Shown piece by piece: positions 7,562 through 18,896 of a stretch of DNA of 44,452 bases. The first letter of the stretch is position 1. Each line of letters opens with the position of its first letter. This DNA comes from a virus (lineage: Duplodnaviria; Caudoviricetes). The stretch covers positions 1 through 44,452 of the IMG/VR virus record IMGVR_UViG_3300027688_000007, one strand, 5' to 3'. The position numbers and the translations under genes were made by a program. Under the pieces are notes generated by a model that was given only the letters and a program-made list of their open reading frames with translations, was not told where the DNA came from and searched no databases.

Positions 7562-10500
7562 ATGGGGTCCAAAGTACTACGCGATATAGCTAAGATTCGT
7601 AACGCTGCGTCGGCTAGTATGCCAGGACGCACTGCAGTAGGAACCGGACCCCTTAGAGATCTAACAGCTAGTGAAGTTAGGTCGCTGTTAAGTGTATCAA
7701 CAACTGCAGAAGCTGCAGCACTTTATGTTTCTCTACTAGGGTCTTACACCAATCCATCATGGATTGTTAGTATCCCTAACACTAAGGTTACTGGTCTTGG
7801 CACGTTATCTACTCAGAACGGCACTCTGAGTGACTACTTAACGTCAGCTACTGCAGCGACTACCTACCAACCTCTTGATTCTGACCTTACCGCAATCGCT
7901 GGTTTGACTGCCACAACTGATAACTTCATTCAGTCAAAGGCAGGAGCATGGGCTAGTCGTACTGTTGCTCAGGTTAAGACCGATTTGGGATTGACGGGAA
8001 CGAACAGCGGCGACCAAACTAACATAACCGGCAATGCTGGTACTGTGACGACTATAGCCGGACTCATATCAGCCGGAACTAACGTCACTATCTCAGGAAG
8101 TGGGACTATCGCTAGTCCTTACTCAATCGCTGCTTCTGGTGGTGGTGGCGGTATCACTTCTATCAACGGCAATACGACTGCTGCTCAACTACTCACAGTA
8201 GGCACCGCCGGTACTAACTTCGCTATTGATTCGACAACAACTCCCGGCACATCAGTCTTCAATATTCCAGATGCGTCAGCTACTGCAAGAGGTCTGATTA
8301 CTACTGGTACTCAGACGATTGCAGGGGCGAAGCGTTTTAATAATGCGATTTCTGGGTATACTGATTCGACCGATATAACATCGTCATTATATCTACATAA
8401 TGCGACATCTACTGCTCGTCCATCATTTGGGCTAGTTAGGTCTAAAGGCACAGAAGTTTCAAAAACCGCTGTAGCAAATGCTGACTACATTGGCAGCTTC
8501 ACATTTAGTGGGTATGACGGAACAGCATTTCAGACCACAGCAATGGTTCTTGGGATTTGCGATGGGGCGGTATCTTCCCTTACAGTTCCTCAATCGCTTC
8601 AATTCATTACCGGAACAACTGAAGCTAACCGTGCGGCAAGGTTGACGATTAGCTCAGCAGGAGCAGCTACATTTTCTAGCATCGTGAATTTCCCAGCCGG
8701 ATCACTTGGCGCTCCCAGTGTTAGGTTGGCCGGAAGTGACACAGGGCTATACGCCGGTGCAAATACGGTAAGACTGGCTGCTAACGGTCAATACTGTGCT
8801 GAGTTCAGCAATACTTTGATTACCCTCATGTTCCCAGTCACTGGTAATTCACACGTATTAGATTTTCGCAGCGGTACGAACGCCCAAACACTTCGAGTAT
8901 TTAACACCTACACAAGCTCTACTAGCTTCGAAACTGGCCAACTAAGCTGGGCTAGTAATGAGTTTCGAATTGGAAGTGCGGTAGGTTCTGCTGGAGGAAC
9001 CGAACGGGCCACTGTGATCGGAGCGTGGAACGCCGCTGGGACTTTTACGGCGGGATTAACGGTTAGTTCGACTGGCTACACCATGGGTACGATCATGGCG
9101 GCCGCTGGGACTCGAACGTGGGGATGGGGCTATCACTCAGGAGGTCCGGGCACTTACGGTGGTGCATACATGTCTGGGAATGATATGTATATTGACGTGA
9201 AGGGTGCGTCAGGTAAGAGGCTTTATCTTCGAAATGCATCCGCAAATATCTGCAGTTGGGACATGGACACTGGTTCATACACCATGTCGAATATCGCAGC
9301 TACATCGGGTGCGATTACTGAATTCACACTCACCGCAGCAGCACACACGGGACAGACGGCTTCAACCGAAGCCACGTCGGTTAATTTCAACCTATCGTCA
9401 ACGAAACAGTTTGCGACTGGAGCATTGACAACTCAGCGTGCTATGAGGATTCAAGCTCCCACCTATTCGTTTGTCGGGGCAAGCACTATCACGACAGCGT
9501 CTACGCTGTCTATCAGCGGTCCTCCGGTTGCTGGTACGAATGCTACTATTACTAGCGGTTTAGCTTTTGCAGTAGAAAGTGGAGCATCTTATTTCGCTGG
9601 TAATACGACCGTCTCTGGTGTAGCTACGATTTACGATTTATACGTTAACGGCGGCGATAGCGGCAGAATAAGATTATTACGAGCAGGCTTTGATATAGCG
9701 GTTTGGATAGATAATGCCAGTGTAAAATTATGGGGATCTCAAATTTTCGGGTGGACCAGTGGGACCAACGCTAATGGAACCGTTGATACCGTATTAGTTA
9801 GAGATGCAGCAGGCACTCTTGCTCAACGCAACTCCACCAACGCTCAGACTCTTCGAGTCTACAACACCTACACAAGCTCTACGAGCTTCGAAACCCTGCA
9901 AGCCAGAGGTGTAGCATCGGCCAACTTCGAGTTCGGCCCAATGAAGGGTAGTGCTGGTGGTACGTTACGTGGGTTGACTATCGGTGGGTACGCGACTGAG
10001 TCTGCTAGCATTACGCCGTGGTTGACTTTTAATAATGCCGGAGCAGCGACGTTTGCAGGGAACATAGTTGCTGGGTCAAACCAAGTATTAAACATCGGCA
10101 CAACTGACGTTAATAACGATCAGATAGTAACAACAAAGAATCTATTCATTGAGACTAATTCCGGCAATGGCTCTATGGGGATAAAGGTCGCTTCATTGTA
10201 TCTTGGGGAGCGAGCCGTTAATGCTGGAAACTACTGGACAGCCTTCACGGGTCTTGGCACATCAGGTGTTACTCTAACCACAGCCCAAGCGGTTCAAAGT
10301 ATTACAGTTAAAGCGGCTGATAATATTTACGATAACCATCTAGGTAATGGACTTAGTTTGTTAGCAGGTAGCTCACTTTCGACTGCCGTCACGTATAAAG
10401 ACGGAGGACAAGTTGTTGTATCGGGCGGTGACGGTGGAGGCACAGATGGTCCGGGCGGGCAGGTAACGATACGTTCTGGCAAGGGCAGAGGGGCTGGACA

Positions 10501-11461
10501 AAATAAAGTTGTTATCCAGACCAGTGCAGTGGGAGCTAGCGGGACTACCCTACAGACGTATGTAGATGTGATAACAGTCGGTCAGAGCCTCTTAACCACG
10601 TTCGCTGGACCCATCACATTAACTCAACCTATCTCAACTACTGGTTCCCCAACAGCCTTTACTGTCACTGGTGCCGCCCACACCACTCTAACACTTTCAA
10701 CTGAAGCGACAGACGTAAACTTCAACCTTGCACGTACAGTCCAGTTCGCAACAGGGGCACTAACGACCCAACGAGCTATGAGGATTCAAGCACCGACCTA
10801 TAGATTCGTAGGTGCGAGTACGATCACGACGGCGTCTACTCTGTCTATTAGTGGGTCACCTGTTGCTGGTACTAATGCGACAATCACTAATGCGTATGCG
10901 TTGCATGTAGAAAGTGGGACAACATTCTTAAATGGAACTGTCAAGTTTGGGAGTTACACGTCATTCACTAGCGGACCTGACACATGGATTTTTGAGCAAA
11001 ACAGCACCATGTCGTGGGGCGCACGAAGTATGGCTCCCAGCAGCACAGACTGGTTGTTCAATGGTGTCTCTTCGTTCAGCTTTAGAAACGGAACATCCGC
11101 TGTCACCGCTAAGATTTTTGGTACATACACATCGACGACAAGCTACGAACGCCTAAACGTCAGAGCAGTCGCCTCTGCCAACTTCGAGATTGGCCCTGAG
11201 AACGGGAGTGCTGGAGGCACTCTTAGAGGATTGACTATCGGAGGTTATAGTGCCGGTACAACTACGATTGCCCCTTGGTTGTCGTTTACGAGTGCTGGTG
11301 TTGCTGCCTTCGCAGGTCAAGTAATTGAAGTACCACCCTCATCCGTAACACTAGCAACTAACGGTGAGTTCTCTGTCGAGATGACTTCCAATACTGCAGG
11401 TAATCTGGTCTATCGTGGATCAGATGGTACTACTCGCAGAGCAGCACTAGCATTCGTTTAA
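7562..11461 (+). CDS. Long tail/capsid fibre protein with internal repeats
   Basis: 1299 aa, G/T/S/A-rich; [14 protein letters not shown] motif common in phage fibres; duplicated modules. Confidence 0.8.
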   Translation: MGSKVLRDIAKIRNAASASMPGRTAVGTGPLRDLTASEVRSLLSVSTTAEAAALYVSLLGSYTNPSWIVSIPNTKVTGLGTLSTQNGTLSDYLTSATAATTYQPLDSDLTAIAGLTATTDNFIQSKAGAWASRTVAQVKTDLGLTGTNSGDQTNITGNAGTVTTIAGLISAGTNVTISGSGTIASPYSIAASGGGGGITSINGNTTAAQLLTVGTAGTNFAIDSTTTPGTSVFNIPDASATARGLITTGTQTIAGAKRFNNAISGYTDSTDITSSLYLHNATSTARPSFGLVRSKGTEVSKTAVANADYIGSFTFSGYDGTAFQTTAMVLGICDGAVSSLTVPQSLQFITGTTEANRAARLTISSAGAATFSSIVNFPAGSLGAPSVRLAGSDTGLYAGANTVRLAANGQYCAEFSNTLITLMFPVTGNSHVLDFRSGTNAQTLRVFNTYTSSTSFETGQLSWASNEFRIGSAVGSAGGTERATVIGAWNAAGTFTAGLTVSSTGYTMGTIMAAAGTRTWGWGYHSGGPGTYGGAYMSGNDMYIDVKGASGKRLYLRNASANICSWDMDTGSYTMSNIAATSGAITEFTLTAAAHTGQTASTEATSVNFNLSSTKQFATGALTTQRAMRIQAPTYSFVGASTITTASTLSISGPPVAGTNATITSGLAFAVESGASYFAGNTTVSGVATIYDLYVNGGDSGRIRLLRAGFDIAVWIDNASVKLWGSQIFGWTSGTNANGTVDTVLVRDAAGTLAQRNSTNAQTLRVYNTYTSSTSFETLQARGVASANFEFGPMKGSAGGTLRGLTIGGYATESASITPWLTFNNAGAATFAGNIVAGSNQVLNIGTTDVNNDQIVTTKNLFIETNSGNGSMGIKVASLYLGERAVNAGNYWTAFTGLGTSGVTLTTAQAVQSITVKAADNIYDNHLGNGLSLLAGSSLSTAVTYKDGGQVVVSGGDGGGTDGPGGQVTIRSGKGRGAGQNKVVIQTSAVGASGTTLQTYVDVITVGQSLLTTFAGPITLTQPISTTGSPTAFTVTGAAHTTLTLSTEATDVNFNLARTVQFATGALTTQRAMRIQAPTYRFVGASTITTASTLSISGSPVAGTNATITNAYALHVESGTTFLNGTVKFGSYTSFTSGPDTWIFEQNSTMSWGARSMAPSSTDWLFNGVSSFSFRNGTSAVTAKIFGTYTSTTSYERLNVRAVASANFEIGPENGSAGGTLRGLTIGGYSAGTTTIAPWLSFTSAGVAAFAGQVIEVPPSSVTLATNGEFSVEMTSNTAGNLVYRGSDGTTRRAALAFV

Positions 11462-11473
11462 TAGGAGCCGACC

Positions 11474-11896
11474 ATGCCATTTGACGTACCAACATCAACA
11501 TTTAACGCTTTGGAGCACGCTACCAATAAGGTACTACGTTCCAATCAGCTTGAAGTGACCATCCTTGAACAGTTTAAGACTGCCTACGAGGACTTCTGGG
11601 GAGTAAGCGGATCTGACGATGTTAAGGGAATTGACGAAGGACAAGCACCTACGTTCGTCAGTAACGGCAGTCGCTACTCAGTAGAGGAAATGCAGTCAAT
11701 CGTGAATGTACTGGGAGCTACCGCTATCCAGATCCTTACAGCAGCAGCCGGTCTAGTACAGTTCATTGAACTTGCCTACCCGGACGTACTGGCAGATCGC
11801 TATAAAACCGCCGCATTTGATTATACAATTGGACCTTCCGGCTTAACGCTGACCGGATTAAATTCAGCGTGGACACCACCAACAGTAGGAGAGTAG
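11474..11896 (+). CDS. Fibre-associated protein (possible chaperone)
   Basis: AGGAG RBS; lies directly after the fibre gene. Confidence 0.6.
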   Translation: MPFDVPTSTFNALEHATNKVLRSNQLEVTILEQFKTAYEDFWGVSGSDDVKGIDEGQAPTFVSNGSRYSVEEMQSIVNVLGATAIQILTAAAGLVQFIELAYPDVLADRYKTAAFDYTIGPSGLTLTGLNSAWTPPTVGE

Positions 11897-11898
11897 TT

Positions 11899-12066
11899 AT
11901 GTTATTTACCCCCGAAGAACTAAAAAACCTAGTAACACTGTGCGAAGTAGGAGCAAAAGCTCTATCCTCCGACAAGAGCTTGCAGGAGTCTGCAGCAATA
12001 CAAGCGACCGCACTGGATCTGATTCGTAAACTTCACAAGGCTAATGAAGAAACCAAAACAGAGTAG
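11899..12066 (+). CDS. Small fibre-associated helical protein
   Basis: AGGAG upstream; tightly packed between neighbours. Confidence 0.6.
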   Translation: MLFTPEELKNLVTLCEVGAKALSSDKSLQESAAIQATALDLIRKLHKANEETKTE

Positions 12067-12074
12067 TAACATAT

Positions 12075-12827
12075 ATGCCAGAATCAATAAAACTAAATGC
12101 CCTAGATCTGTCTGGTGAAACACTAACATTGTTTCTACGGAAGTCTGACGGTACGCTACTAAATACTGGTGGCGATCTAATGACTGAGTCAGGCACTACT
12201 GGCGTCTTCACTGCTACACTGGCAGAGGCACGTACTGGACTAGGATCACTAGCAGTACGTGTATGTGCTGGTGTCGAATCCGCTGCTAATATACTGTACG
12301 ATGGATTTCTACCGGAAGGGTCTTTGGTAATTGACTCACTAACTGGCGGTGGGGATGCAACACTAGCCAAACAGACTGAGATATTAACTGCTATTACAGA
12401 TATATCTCTAACCCAATTGGCTGCTATTACTGTAGAGTCTGGAGTTATTGCTAACTTCCCCGAGACACTAACAATCGGGGATAGTTACACTTCTAGCACT
12501 GGTAGAATAAAGATTGCAGTAACTGACTCTAATGGTGATCCAATCACTCAGTTAGGTAGTCTAGACTTTGTCGATGCTGATATATCTTTCACTGCTTTCA
12601 GATCGGGAGACTCTGCTCAAGTTACCGGAACTTGTCAATTTGTGGACGGTGGGGCAGAAACCTATGTGTGGTTGACATTACTATCATCTCAGACTATACT
12701 AGGTAAAGCAGAATACACGTATGAGGGCAGACTGAAATTCTTCTGGGAAGGTCCGAGTTCTGGGACAACAGACGACGAACAGAAAACCTATAAAACAACA
12801 CCGTTCAAATTCGTATCGAATCCCTAA
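12075..12827 (+). CDS. Putative virion structural protein (beta-rich, possibly BppU/Ig-like C-terminus)
   Basis: LTIGDSY...GKAEYTYEGRL pattern; acidic and G/T-rich. Confidence 0.5.
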   Translation: MPESIKLNALDLSGETLTLFLRKSDGTLLNTGGDLMTESGTTGVFTATLAEARTGLGSLAVRVCAGVESAANILYDGFLPEGSLVIDSLTGGGDATLAKQTEILTAITDISLTQLAAITVESGVIANFPETLTIGDSYTSSTGRIKIAVTDSNGDPITQLGSLDFVDADISFTAFRSGDSAQVTGTCQFVDGGAETYVWLTLLSSQTILGKAEYTYEGRLKFFWEGPSSGTTDDEQKTYKTTPFKFVSNP

Positions 12828-12832
12828 TACCT

Positions 12833-14725
12833 ATGGTCACTGCAACCCCCAATGCAAGGTCATACTCTAAGTTCTTCAAAGGTGGTAAAAGCGTACAAGA
12901 AATTCCAGTACCTCTACGAGAGAAAAATAAGGTAGTGGGATACAAGTGGGTTAAGACTGACATGGTAGCACTACTAAGTAGTCTACCTGACTATTCACCA
13001 TTCACTAACGCTGACAACTACTACTTTGATGTAAAAGAGTTTGAGAAGTTAACACACTTCGTTATTAACGAGTGTGTCTATCCTGAAGGAACACTAGCAG
13101 GATTACCATTCATACCTGAACGATGGCAATGGGCAGTATTCTACAACATGTTCTGTTGGAAGAGTAAAGCCGAAGATATTAGAAGATACCGAGAAGTATT
13201 TATTCTAGTGCCTCGTAAGAATGGCAAAACTTCTGCATTTGGGGTTATACCATCACTGTACATGGTGTTCTGTGATAAGGAACAACGCAGTCAGAACTTC
13301 TGTTGTGCAGCAGATCTAGAGCAGGCGAGTGTTAACTTTAGACATCTAGAGTACAACATAGCTAAGAACCAAAATCTAATAACCCGTCTTATGAACCACC
13401 GTGTTAAGAAGCACGAGAAGTTCTTTGAGACTAAGACAGGCAATACATTTAAGGTATTGTCTTCTATCGCTGACACTAAGCACGGTCTATCCCCTAACTT
13501 CGTATACATTGACGAAGTACACGCACACAAGGATAGCGAACTAATTGACGTAATGGTTACTGGTACTGCTGCTAGACCAGAACCTATGATCGTGTATACG
13601 ACGACATCAGATTTCGACAGACCATCAGTATGCAACGAACTGCACAACAGAGCTAAGAAGATTGCTAAAGGCGAACTAACAGCCAACACATTCCTGCCGG
13701 TAATCTACGAAGCAGCATTGACAGATGACTACAAGGATGAAAGTATCTGGCGTAAAGCTAATCCTAACTTCGGTGTAAGTATCTATCCTCAGTACTTCCG
13801 AGATCAGATAGAGCTATGCGAGTCATCACCATCCAAACTAAATAGATTCCTCAGACTACACCTTAACATCCGTACTAAGACTGAGACAGTATGGATTCCT
13901 TCGTGGGTATGGGCTAACGGCTCGCCTAGTGCAGACAAACTACTAACTGTTGATGAAGTTAAACAGAAACTAACAGACTTCAGTTCGTGGCATACAATCG
14001 CTAGGACACCTGAGTTCAAGAGAAGTATTGTCGATCCATACATCAAGGAATGCCTAACATGGTACACATGGTACTTCGACAAACTAGAAAAACTAAGGTA
14101 CTCACCATGTTGGGGTGGGTATGATAATTCCTCAGCAAATGACATAGCGGCATTTACATTATTCTTTCCTGAAGAATGCTGTGTAATACCGTGGTTCTGG
14201 GTTCCAGCAGAATCTATTGATAGACGGTCAAGAGAAGAACAAGTACCTTACGACCGATGGTATAAAGCTGGAATCATCAACAATACACCACTAGCTAGGA
14301 TATCCGAAATAGATATATCTAACACACTAGTTGGTCCTGACGGTACTGGCGGTATTACAACTTATTTCAACAACATTCAGAATGTAGCATTTGACCAATG
14401 GGGTATGAATTACATCTACGAAATTATGAGCAACTACGGTGTTAAAGCATCGTCCTATGGTCAAGGCTTTCGTGCAATGAATGAACCTTGCCGTAAGCTA
14501 GAAACCATGATTACTAATGGAGAGTTCTTTCATGGTGACAACCCTGTAATGAACTGGATGATTAATAACGCTATGGCAGTATCAAACAATCTAAATCAGA
14601 TGAGAGTTGATAAAGCTAAGTGTAGCGACAAGGTAGACGGAATTGTGTCTCTACTGATGGGTATTGGCGGGTACATCTACTCGGACAACAATACGATTAA
14701 CTCTATACCGGGATTGGGCGTATAA
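12833..14725 (+). CDS. terL: Terminase large subunit (HK97/Terminase_1 type)
   Basis: Walker A VPRKNGKT, Walker B VYIDEVH, WRKANPNFG, nuclease KVDGIVS. Confidence 0.95.
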   Translation: MVTATPNARSYSKFFKGGKSVQEIPVPLREKNKVVGYKWVKTDMVALLSSLPDYSPFTNADNYYFDVKEFEKLTHFVINECVYPEGTLAGLPFIPERWQWAVFYNMFCWKSKAEDIRRYREVFILVPRKNGKTSAFGVIPSLYMVFCDKEQRSQNFCCAADLEQASVNFRHLEYNIAKNQNLITRLMNHRVKKHEKFFETKTGNTFKVLSSIADTKHGLSPNFVYIDEVHAHKDSELIDVMVTGTAARPEPMIVYTTTSDFDRPSVCNELHNRAKKIAKGELTANTFLPVIYEAALTDDYKDESIWRKANPNFGVSIYPQYFRDQIELCESSPSKLNRFLRLHLNIRTKTETVWIPSWVWANGSPSADKLLTVDEVKQKLTDFSSWHTIARTPEFKRSIVDPYIKECLTWYTWYFDKLEKLRYSPCWGGYDNSSANDIAAFTLFFPEECCVIPWFWVPAESIDRRSREEQVPYDRWYKAGIINNTPLARISEIDISNTLVGPDGTGGITTYFNNIQNVAFDQWGMNYIYEIMSNYGVKASSYGQGFRAMNEPCRKLETMITNGEFFHGDNPVMNWMINNAMAVSNNLNQMRVDKAKCSDKVDGIVSLLMGIGGYIYSDNNTINSIPGLGV

Positions 14726-16554
14726 TGGCATGGTTCAACTTCGGAAAGAAGAAACCTAATACTGATGGTACCGAATCTATGATTAACGCTCTTGAGCGTA
14801 TAGTCACCAATGCGACCACATCAGCCTTATCTGGGAGAGATCTATTTTGGTTCATGCGTAAGGAAAAGAACTACAGCACTATCGAACGAGGACTGCAGCT
14901 TAGTGCTGTGTTCTGTGCCTTAAACTTGTACTCTTCCTCAGTGTCTACTCTGCCACGAAACGTAATGGCAGTCGATACACTTACTGGAGAAGCTACCAAT
15001 AAGGTCACATCTATCGAAGGTAAGCATCCAGCTATTCGTATCTTCTTGGCATACGCTAATCGTAGCCTAAGCTCAGACGATATGATGACTATGATTAGTA
15101 ATGACTTGCTGATTGATGGTAACTTCTATGCACTGCGAGAACTAGACAGTCAGGGCAGAACATTCAACATCCATTACATCCATCCTAGTAGAATACCTAA
15201 AGGCAATATCTACTACGCTGATGGTGGTGAGAAGTTCTTTGATGGAAGAACTGTACCAAAGGGAACACTAGTCTATCGTATTGAGACTGGTTCTCTTACT
15301 GCTGTGTCTAACCCTAAAGCACTGCTAGTTACCCGAGACGAGATAGTACACCTGAAGAGTGCTATATTCGATGCTGAGTATAACCGTGGTGTGGGTATCG
15401 TAGAGAATGCACAGAGATCATTCTCCTTTGCAGAGAACACAGAAATCTATGGCAGTAAGTTCTACGAGAAAGGAACTAATAGCCAAACATTCCTATCTAC
15501 AGATCAAGCACTAGGTCAGAATGTTATTAAAGACCTAGAGGGATTCTTCGCTAACAATCCTAATGCACCACTTGAAGAGGCGTTCAAGACTAGAGTACTT
15601 GACCGTGGTATGAAGCCTGTTAACATAACAATTCCTCTAGGACAGCTACAGTTCATCGAGACTAAAGCATTTGCTGTGGAAGATATTGCTAGATGGTTCT
15701 CAGTCCCACCAGAACTATTACACTCCCGCATGGGTGGTAGTTCTGGTAGTGCAGACATGGGGCAACTAGTAAATAACTACATCCAATGGGGTATTGGTCC
15801 ATTCATCACACGCATCGGTAATCAACTACGTGATGAACTGTTGCCTGTTAGTTCTAGACTATCGTACAGCTTCGAGTTTGAGCGTATCTACTTATACCGT
15901 ACTGTCATCAATGAATTCTCACAAGCTATCCGTAACTTGTTTGAAATTGGTGTACTGAATAGAATGCAGATCGGTAAACTTATAGGTATCCATGTAGACC
16001 CTAAAGATAAGCAAAATCGACAACTGTATGTACCAACCAACCTGATGACAGTACAGCATGGTATGGCTCTTGAAGAGAAGGCAAAGACTGCCAACGAGCT
16101 TATTATTGAACAGGTCACAAAGGCTAAACTAGATAATGAGAATTACATATCTCCAAAGGATATGGCTAGTCTAAAGTCTCAGCAAAGCCCTACGGCAGGT
16201 CCAGATTCTAATCTAGTCAAGGATAGTGCTAATAAGGCACCAGACCAACAGAACGAAGATAAAAAGATTCGTACTGCTAAGAATGCCTTCAATGCTGTAG
16301 TGCTGGGGCTAGAAGACTACCGAGTTAAGGTGTGTAATCAAAAAGCTGAGAAGTATCAAGATGCAGACCTCGCTTCTAGTGTGACGGAATGGGAGACAGA
16401 AAAGTTCTACCCACTAGTAGAATCAAACATGACTAACTGGTCCGATATACTTTCAGAGATGTCATCTTTCAATCTAGTAGAAGACATCAACTGCAATACT
16501 TGGATGACTTTAGTGTCTGAATGTAAAGGAGAGAAACTTGAGACTAGTACTTAA
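14725..16554 (+). CDS. Portal protein, HK97 family, with C-terminal extension
   Basis: SAVFCALN, LIDGNFY, EIVHLK, QFIETK..EDIARWFSVPPELL; position after terL. Confidence 0.93.
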   Translation: MAWFNFGKKKPNTDGTESMINALERIVTNATTSALSGRDLFWFMRKEKNYSTIERGLQLSAVFCALNLYSSSVSTLPRNVMAVDTLTGEATNKVTSIEGKHPAIRIFLAYANRSLSSDDMMTMISNDLLIDGNFYALRELDSQGRTFNIHYIHPSRIPKGNIYYADGGEKFFDGRTVPKGTLVYRIETGSLTAVSNPKALLVTRDEIVHLKSAIFDAEYNRGVGIVENAQRSFSFAENTEIYGSKFYEKGTNSQTFLSTDQALGQNVIKDLEGFFANNPNAPLEEAFKTRVLDRGMKPVNITIPLGQLQFIETKAFAVEDIARWFSVPPELLHSRMGGSSGSADMGQLVNNYIQWGIGPFITRIGNQLRDELLPVSSRLSYSFEFERIYLYRTVINEFSQAIRNLFEIGVLNRMQIGKLIGIHVDPKDKQNRQLYVPTNLMTVQHGMALEEKAKTANELIIEQVTKAKLDNENYISPKDMASLKSQQSPTAGPDSNLVKDSANKAPDQQNEDKKIRTAKNAFNAVVLGLEDYRVKVCNQKAEKYQDADLASSVTEWETEKFYPLVESNMTNWSDILSEMSSFNLVEDINCNTWMTLVSECKGEKLETST

Positions 16555-17293
16555 TCAGCATGTTCCTGAACTGTCAGGCACTGGCAAGCAACTGTGTACG
16601 GTGATGAATGTAGTGGACAATACTGTCTACATCTACGACTACATTCAAACTTACAGTTCACACTACTCTGAAGAAGAAAAACCACAAGATGACTCGGTAG
16701 AGTCTGAACAGTTCCTAACAACTATCCGAAATATGGTTGGTGACATCACAGTCAGGATTAATAGTAAGGGTGGAGAAGTAGGATACGGTTTGTCAATCTA
16801 TCAGGTACTGCGAGAGTACAAAGGTAAAGTAACCACTATTGTAGATGGTTACGCATACTCCTGTGCAAGCTGGATTCTACTGGCAGGTGAAGATCGACAG
16901 ATCATGCCGGGAGGTGTTGTAATGACACACAATCCCGGTATGTATACTTACCACGATTCAGAAGAGTCTTTCTCGTCAGCATTGAATCAATGGAAAGTCA
17001 ATAGAGACTCTGTAGCAGTTCTCACAGCAGAACGAACAGGTCAAGATATTGATGATGTCTACGAGATGATGAACAAGCAGACATTCCTGAACGCTAAGGA
17101 TGCTGTGGCAAAGGGATTCTGTAACTCTATTCGTGATGGGAAGGCTTCTATTCCTATGGGCGTGAGTAACTATCTTCCTTCAGCAATTCGTAATGCCGTT
17201 CCTGAAGTAGTTAATGTTCAAGAAGACTATTCTGATTTAATGCAGAGAAGTCTTGCTAGTATGACAAAAGCCAGGACTAAATGGCCTATCTAA
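16538..17293 (+). CDS. ClpP-type prohead maturation protease
   Basis: INSKGGEV, DGYAYSCASWI (Ser), MTHNP (His), TFLNAKDAVAKGF. Confidence 0.92.
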   Translation: MRLVLNQHVPELSGTGKQLCTVMNVVDNTVYIYDYIQTYSSHYSEEEKPQDDSVESEQFLTTIRNMVGDITVRINSKGGEVGYGLSIYQVLREYKGKVTTIVDGYAYSCASWILLAGEDRQIMPGGVVMTHNPGMYTYHDSEESFSSALNQWKVNRDSVAVLTAERTGQDIDDVYEMMNKQTFLNAKDAVAKGFCNSIRDGKASIPMGVSNYLPSAIRNAVPEVVNVQEDYSDLMQRSLASMTKARTKWPI

Positions 17294-17297
17294 TCTA

Positions 17298-17326
17298 TTG
17301 ACAAGACCTTAGTTTCGGGTTACAAT
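17298..17326 (+). promoter_or_regulatory. Sigma70-like promoter for the major capsid gene
   Basis: TTGACA-N17-TACAAT. Confidence 0.7.
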
Positions 17327-17392
17327 TACTTGAACGTGTATAAAAGCAAAGCATAATAAAACACAACACAATTCCGTTCTTATTTCAGTAAG

Positions 17393-18814
17393 GTGAAAAT
17401 AATGCCAGATGCAATTGATTTCAAGAAAATGAAGCCAGAAGAGATTCGTGAGAAGCGAGAAAGTCTCACGTCTGTTATGAACTCGTATTCAACACGAGTT
17501 ACTAACAAAGAAACTCTGACGGCAGAAGACCGTGAAAAGTGGAACAACACTATCACGGAGTTTGACGAAGTAAACAACTTCTATCAGACTACGGATCAGG
17601 GTCTTGTAGACCGATCAGCACATGCTACTATCGGCAGTAACCTAACAGAGGTATCTAACTCTTTGCGTAGCTTCAGTGGTGCTATCACTACTCGACCGGC
17701 ATTCGAGAAAGATCCACGTTTCGGTTTCAAGACTGATAACGAGTTCCTACGCGAGTGTATGAATGCTACTCGTAATCCTGACAAAGCAGATCCTCGTATT
17801 ATCGCAGTAGTGAATGCTGTAGGTAGTGACGAGTACAGTCGTGGTAACTGGCAGTCTGCTGGTATCTTGATTCCTGATACTATGATTGACCGTATCCTGT
17901 CTCTTACACCAGAGGCAGACTTTATCACCCCACGCTGTACCCGTATCCCTATGGGTTCAGGATCGGTACGAATCCCAGCACGAGTTGATAAAAACCACGC
18001 AACTAGCGTTACAGGCGGTACTCGTGTATACCGTACTAAAGAAGCAGCGACCGTAGCTAAGTCACTTGATACATTCGAGATGATAGCTTTGGAAGCTAAT
18101 GAAATTGTTGGTGAAGCTGCTGCTACTAAGCAGTTGATGCGTGATTCGCCTATCTCAATTCCAGCACTCATTGAAGCATCTATGGGTGCTGCTAATGTGG
18201 ACAAGCGAATTGACGAACTGTTGAATGGTAACGGTAACGGTATGCCACTTGGTGTACTGAACGCTGCTAACTTGGCACTACTTTCTGTAGACCGTGTTGC
18301 TAACCAGCGTGACAATGTTATCGTAAGTGGTATGGACGTTATCAAGATGGCAAAGCGTGTTTGGGGCTACTCAAACGCTATCTGGATTGCTAACCATGAC
18401 CTGATGGATACGCTGGCTACCTTGTACGTTGCTGCAGGTACTGGTGCTGGATTCATCAAGCTGTTCTCTCCAGTAGAGGGTGGCGATGGTACTATGGCTA
18501 CTCTGTTTGGTCGGCCACTGTTCTTTACTGAGTACGCTCCGGGCGTTACTTCAGGACAGGACGGAGATGATATCTCTGAGTGGTCTACAAGCATGTTGTC
18601 TTGTATTAACTTCAGCGAAGTACTGTACGGCGAACTGTATACTGAGTTCAATCGCAGTGTGCATGTTCGATTCAGCGAACGCGAAGAAGTATTCCAGTTC
18701 GTTACAGCTAACGATGCACGTCCTTGGTGGAAGACTGTGTTGACACCTAAGAAGGGTGTAACAACTCGTTCACCGTTCGTAACACTAACTAACACTGATA
18801 CATCTGCTGGTTAA
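17393..18814 (+). CDS. Major capsid protein, HK97 fold (start may be ATG 17402)
   Basis: N-terminal coiled-coil delta domain, AGILIP, LNGNGNGMPLGVLN, TLFGRP, terminal SPFVTL. Confidence 0.93.
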   Translation: MKIMPDAIDFKKMKPEEIREKRESLTSVMNSYSTRVTNKETLTAEDREKWNNTITEFDEVNNFYQTTDQGLVDRSAHATIGSNLTEVSNSLRSFSGAITTRPAFEKDPRFGFKTDNEFLRECMNATRNPDKADPRIIAVVNAVGSDEYSRGNWQSAGILIPDTMIDRILSLTPEADFITPRCTRIPMGSGSVRIPARVDKNHATSVTGGTRVYRTKEAATVAKSLDTFEMIALEANEIVGEAAATKQLMRDSPISIPALIEASMGAANVDKRIDELLNGNGNGMPLGVLNAANLALLSVDRVANQRDNVIVSGMDVIKMAKRVWGYSNAIWIANHDLMDTLATLYVAAGTGAGFIKLFSPVEGGDGTMATLFGRPLFFTEYAPGVTSGQDGDDISEWSTSMLSCINFSEVLYGELYTEFNRSVHVRFSEREEVFQFVTANDARPWWKTVLTPKKGVTTRSPFVTLTNTDTSAG

Positions 18815-18842
18815 GTCAATCGGGCTGGCAGGTTAGTGATTT

Positions 18843-18873
18843 GGGCTATCACTTGATTAGCCCTATTTCTTTT
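18843..18873 (+). terminator. Intrinsic terminator-like hairpin after the capsid gene
   Basis: GGGCTA...TAGCCC followed by TATTTCTTTT. Confidence 0.55.
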
Positions 18874-18896
18874 CAAACATCAATAAGGAAGATATA

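Noticed and set aside
8876-11320. Diversity-generating retroelement TR/VR pair
   Set aside because: Repeat differences are mainly synonymous rather than adenine-specific, all copies are within one ORF, and no reverse transcriptase is in the window
17596-18795. Long antisense ORFs over the capsid gene (and similar ones at 13291-14145, 23195-23578, 36856-37443)
   Set aside because: They are shadows of well-supported plus-strand genes and have no motifs of their own
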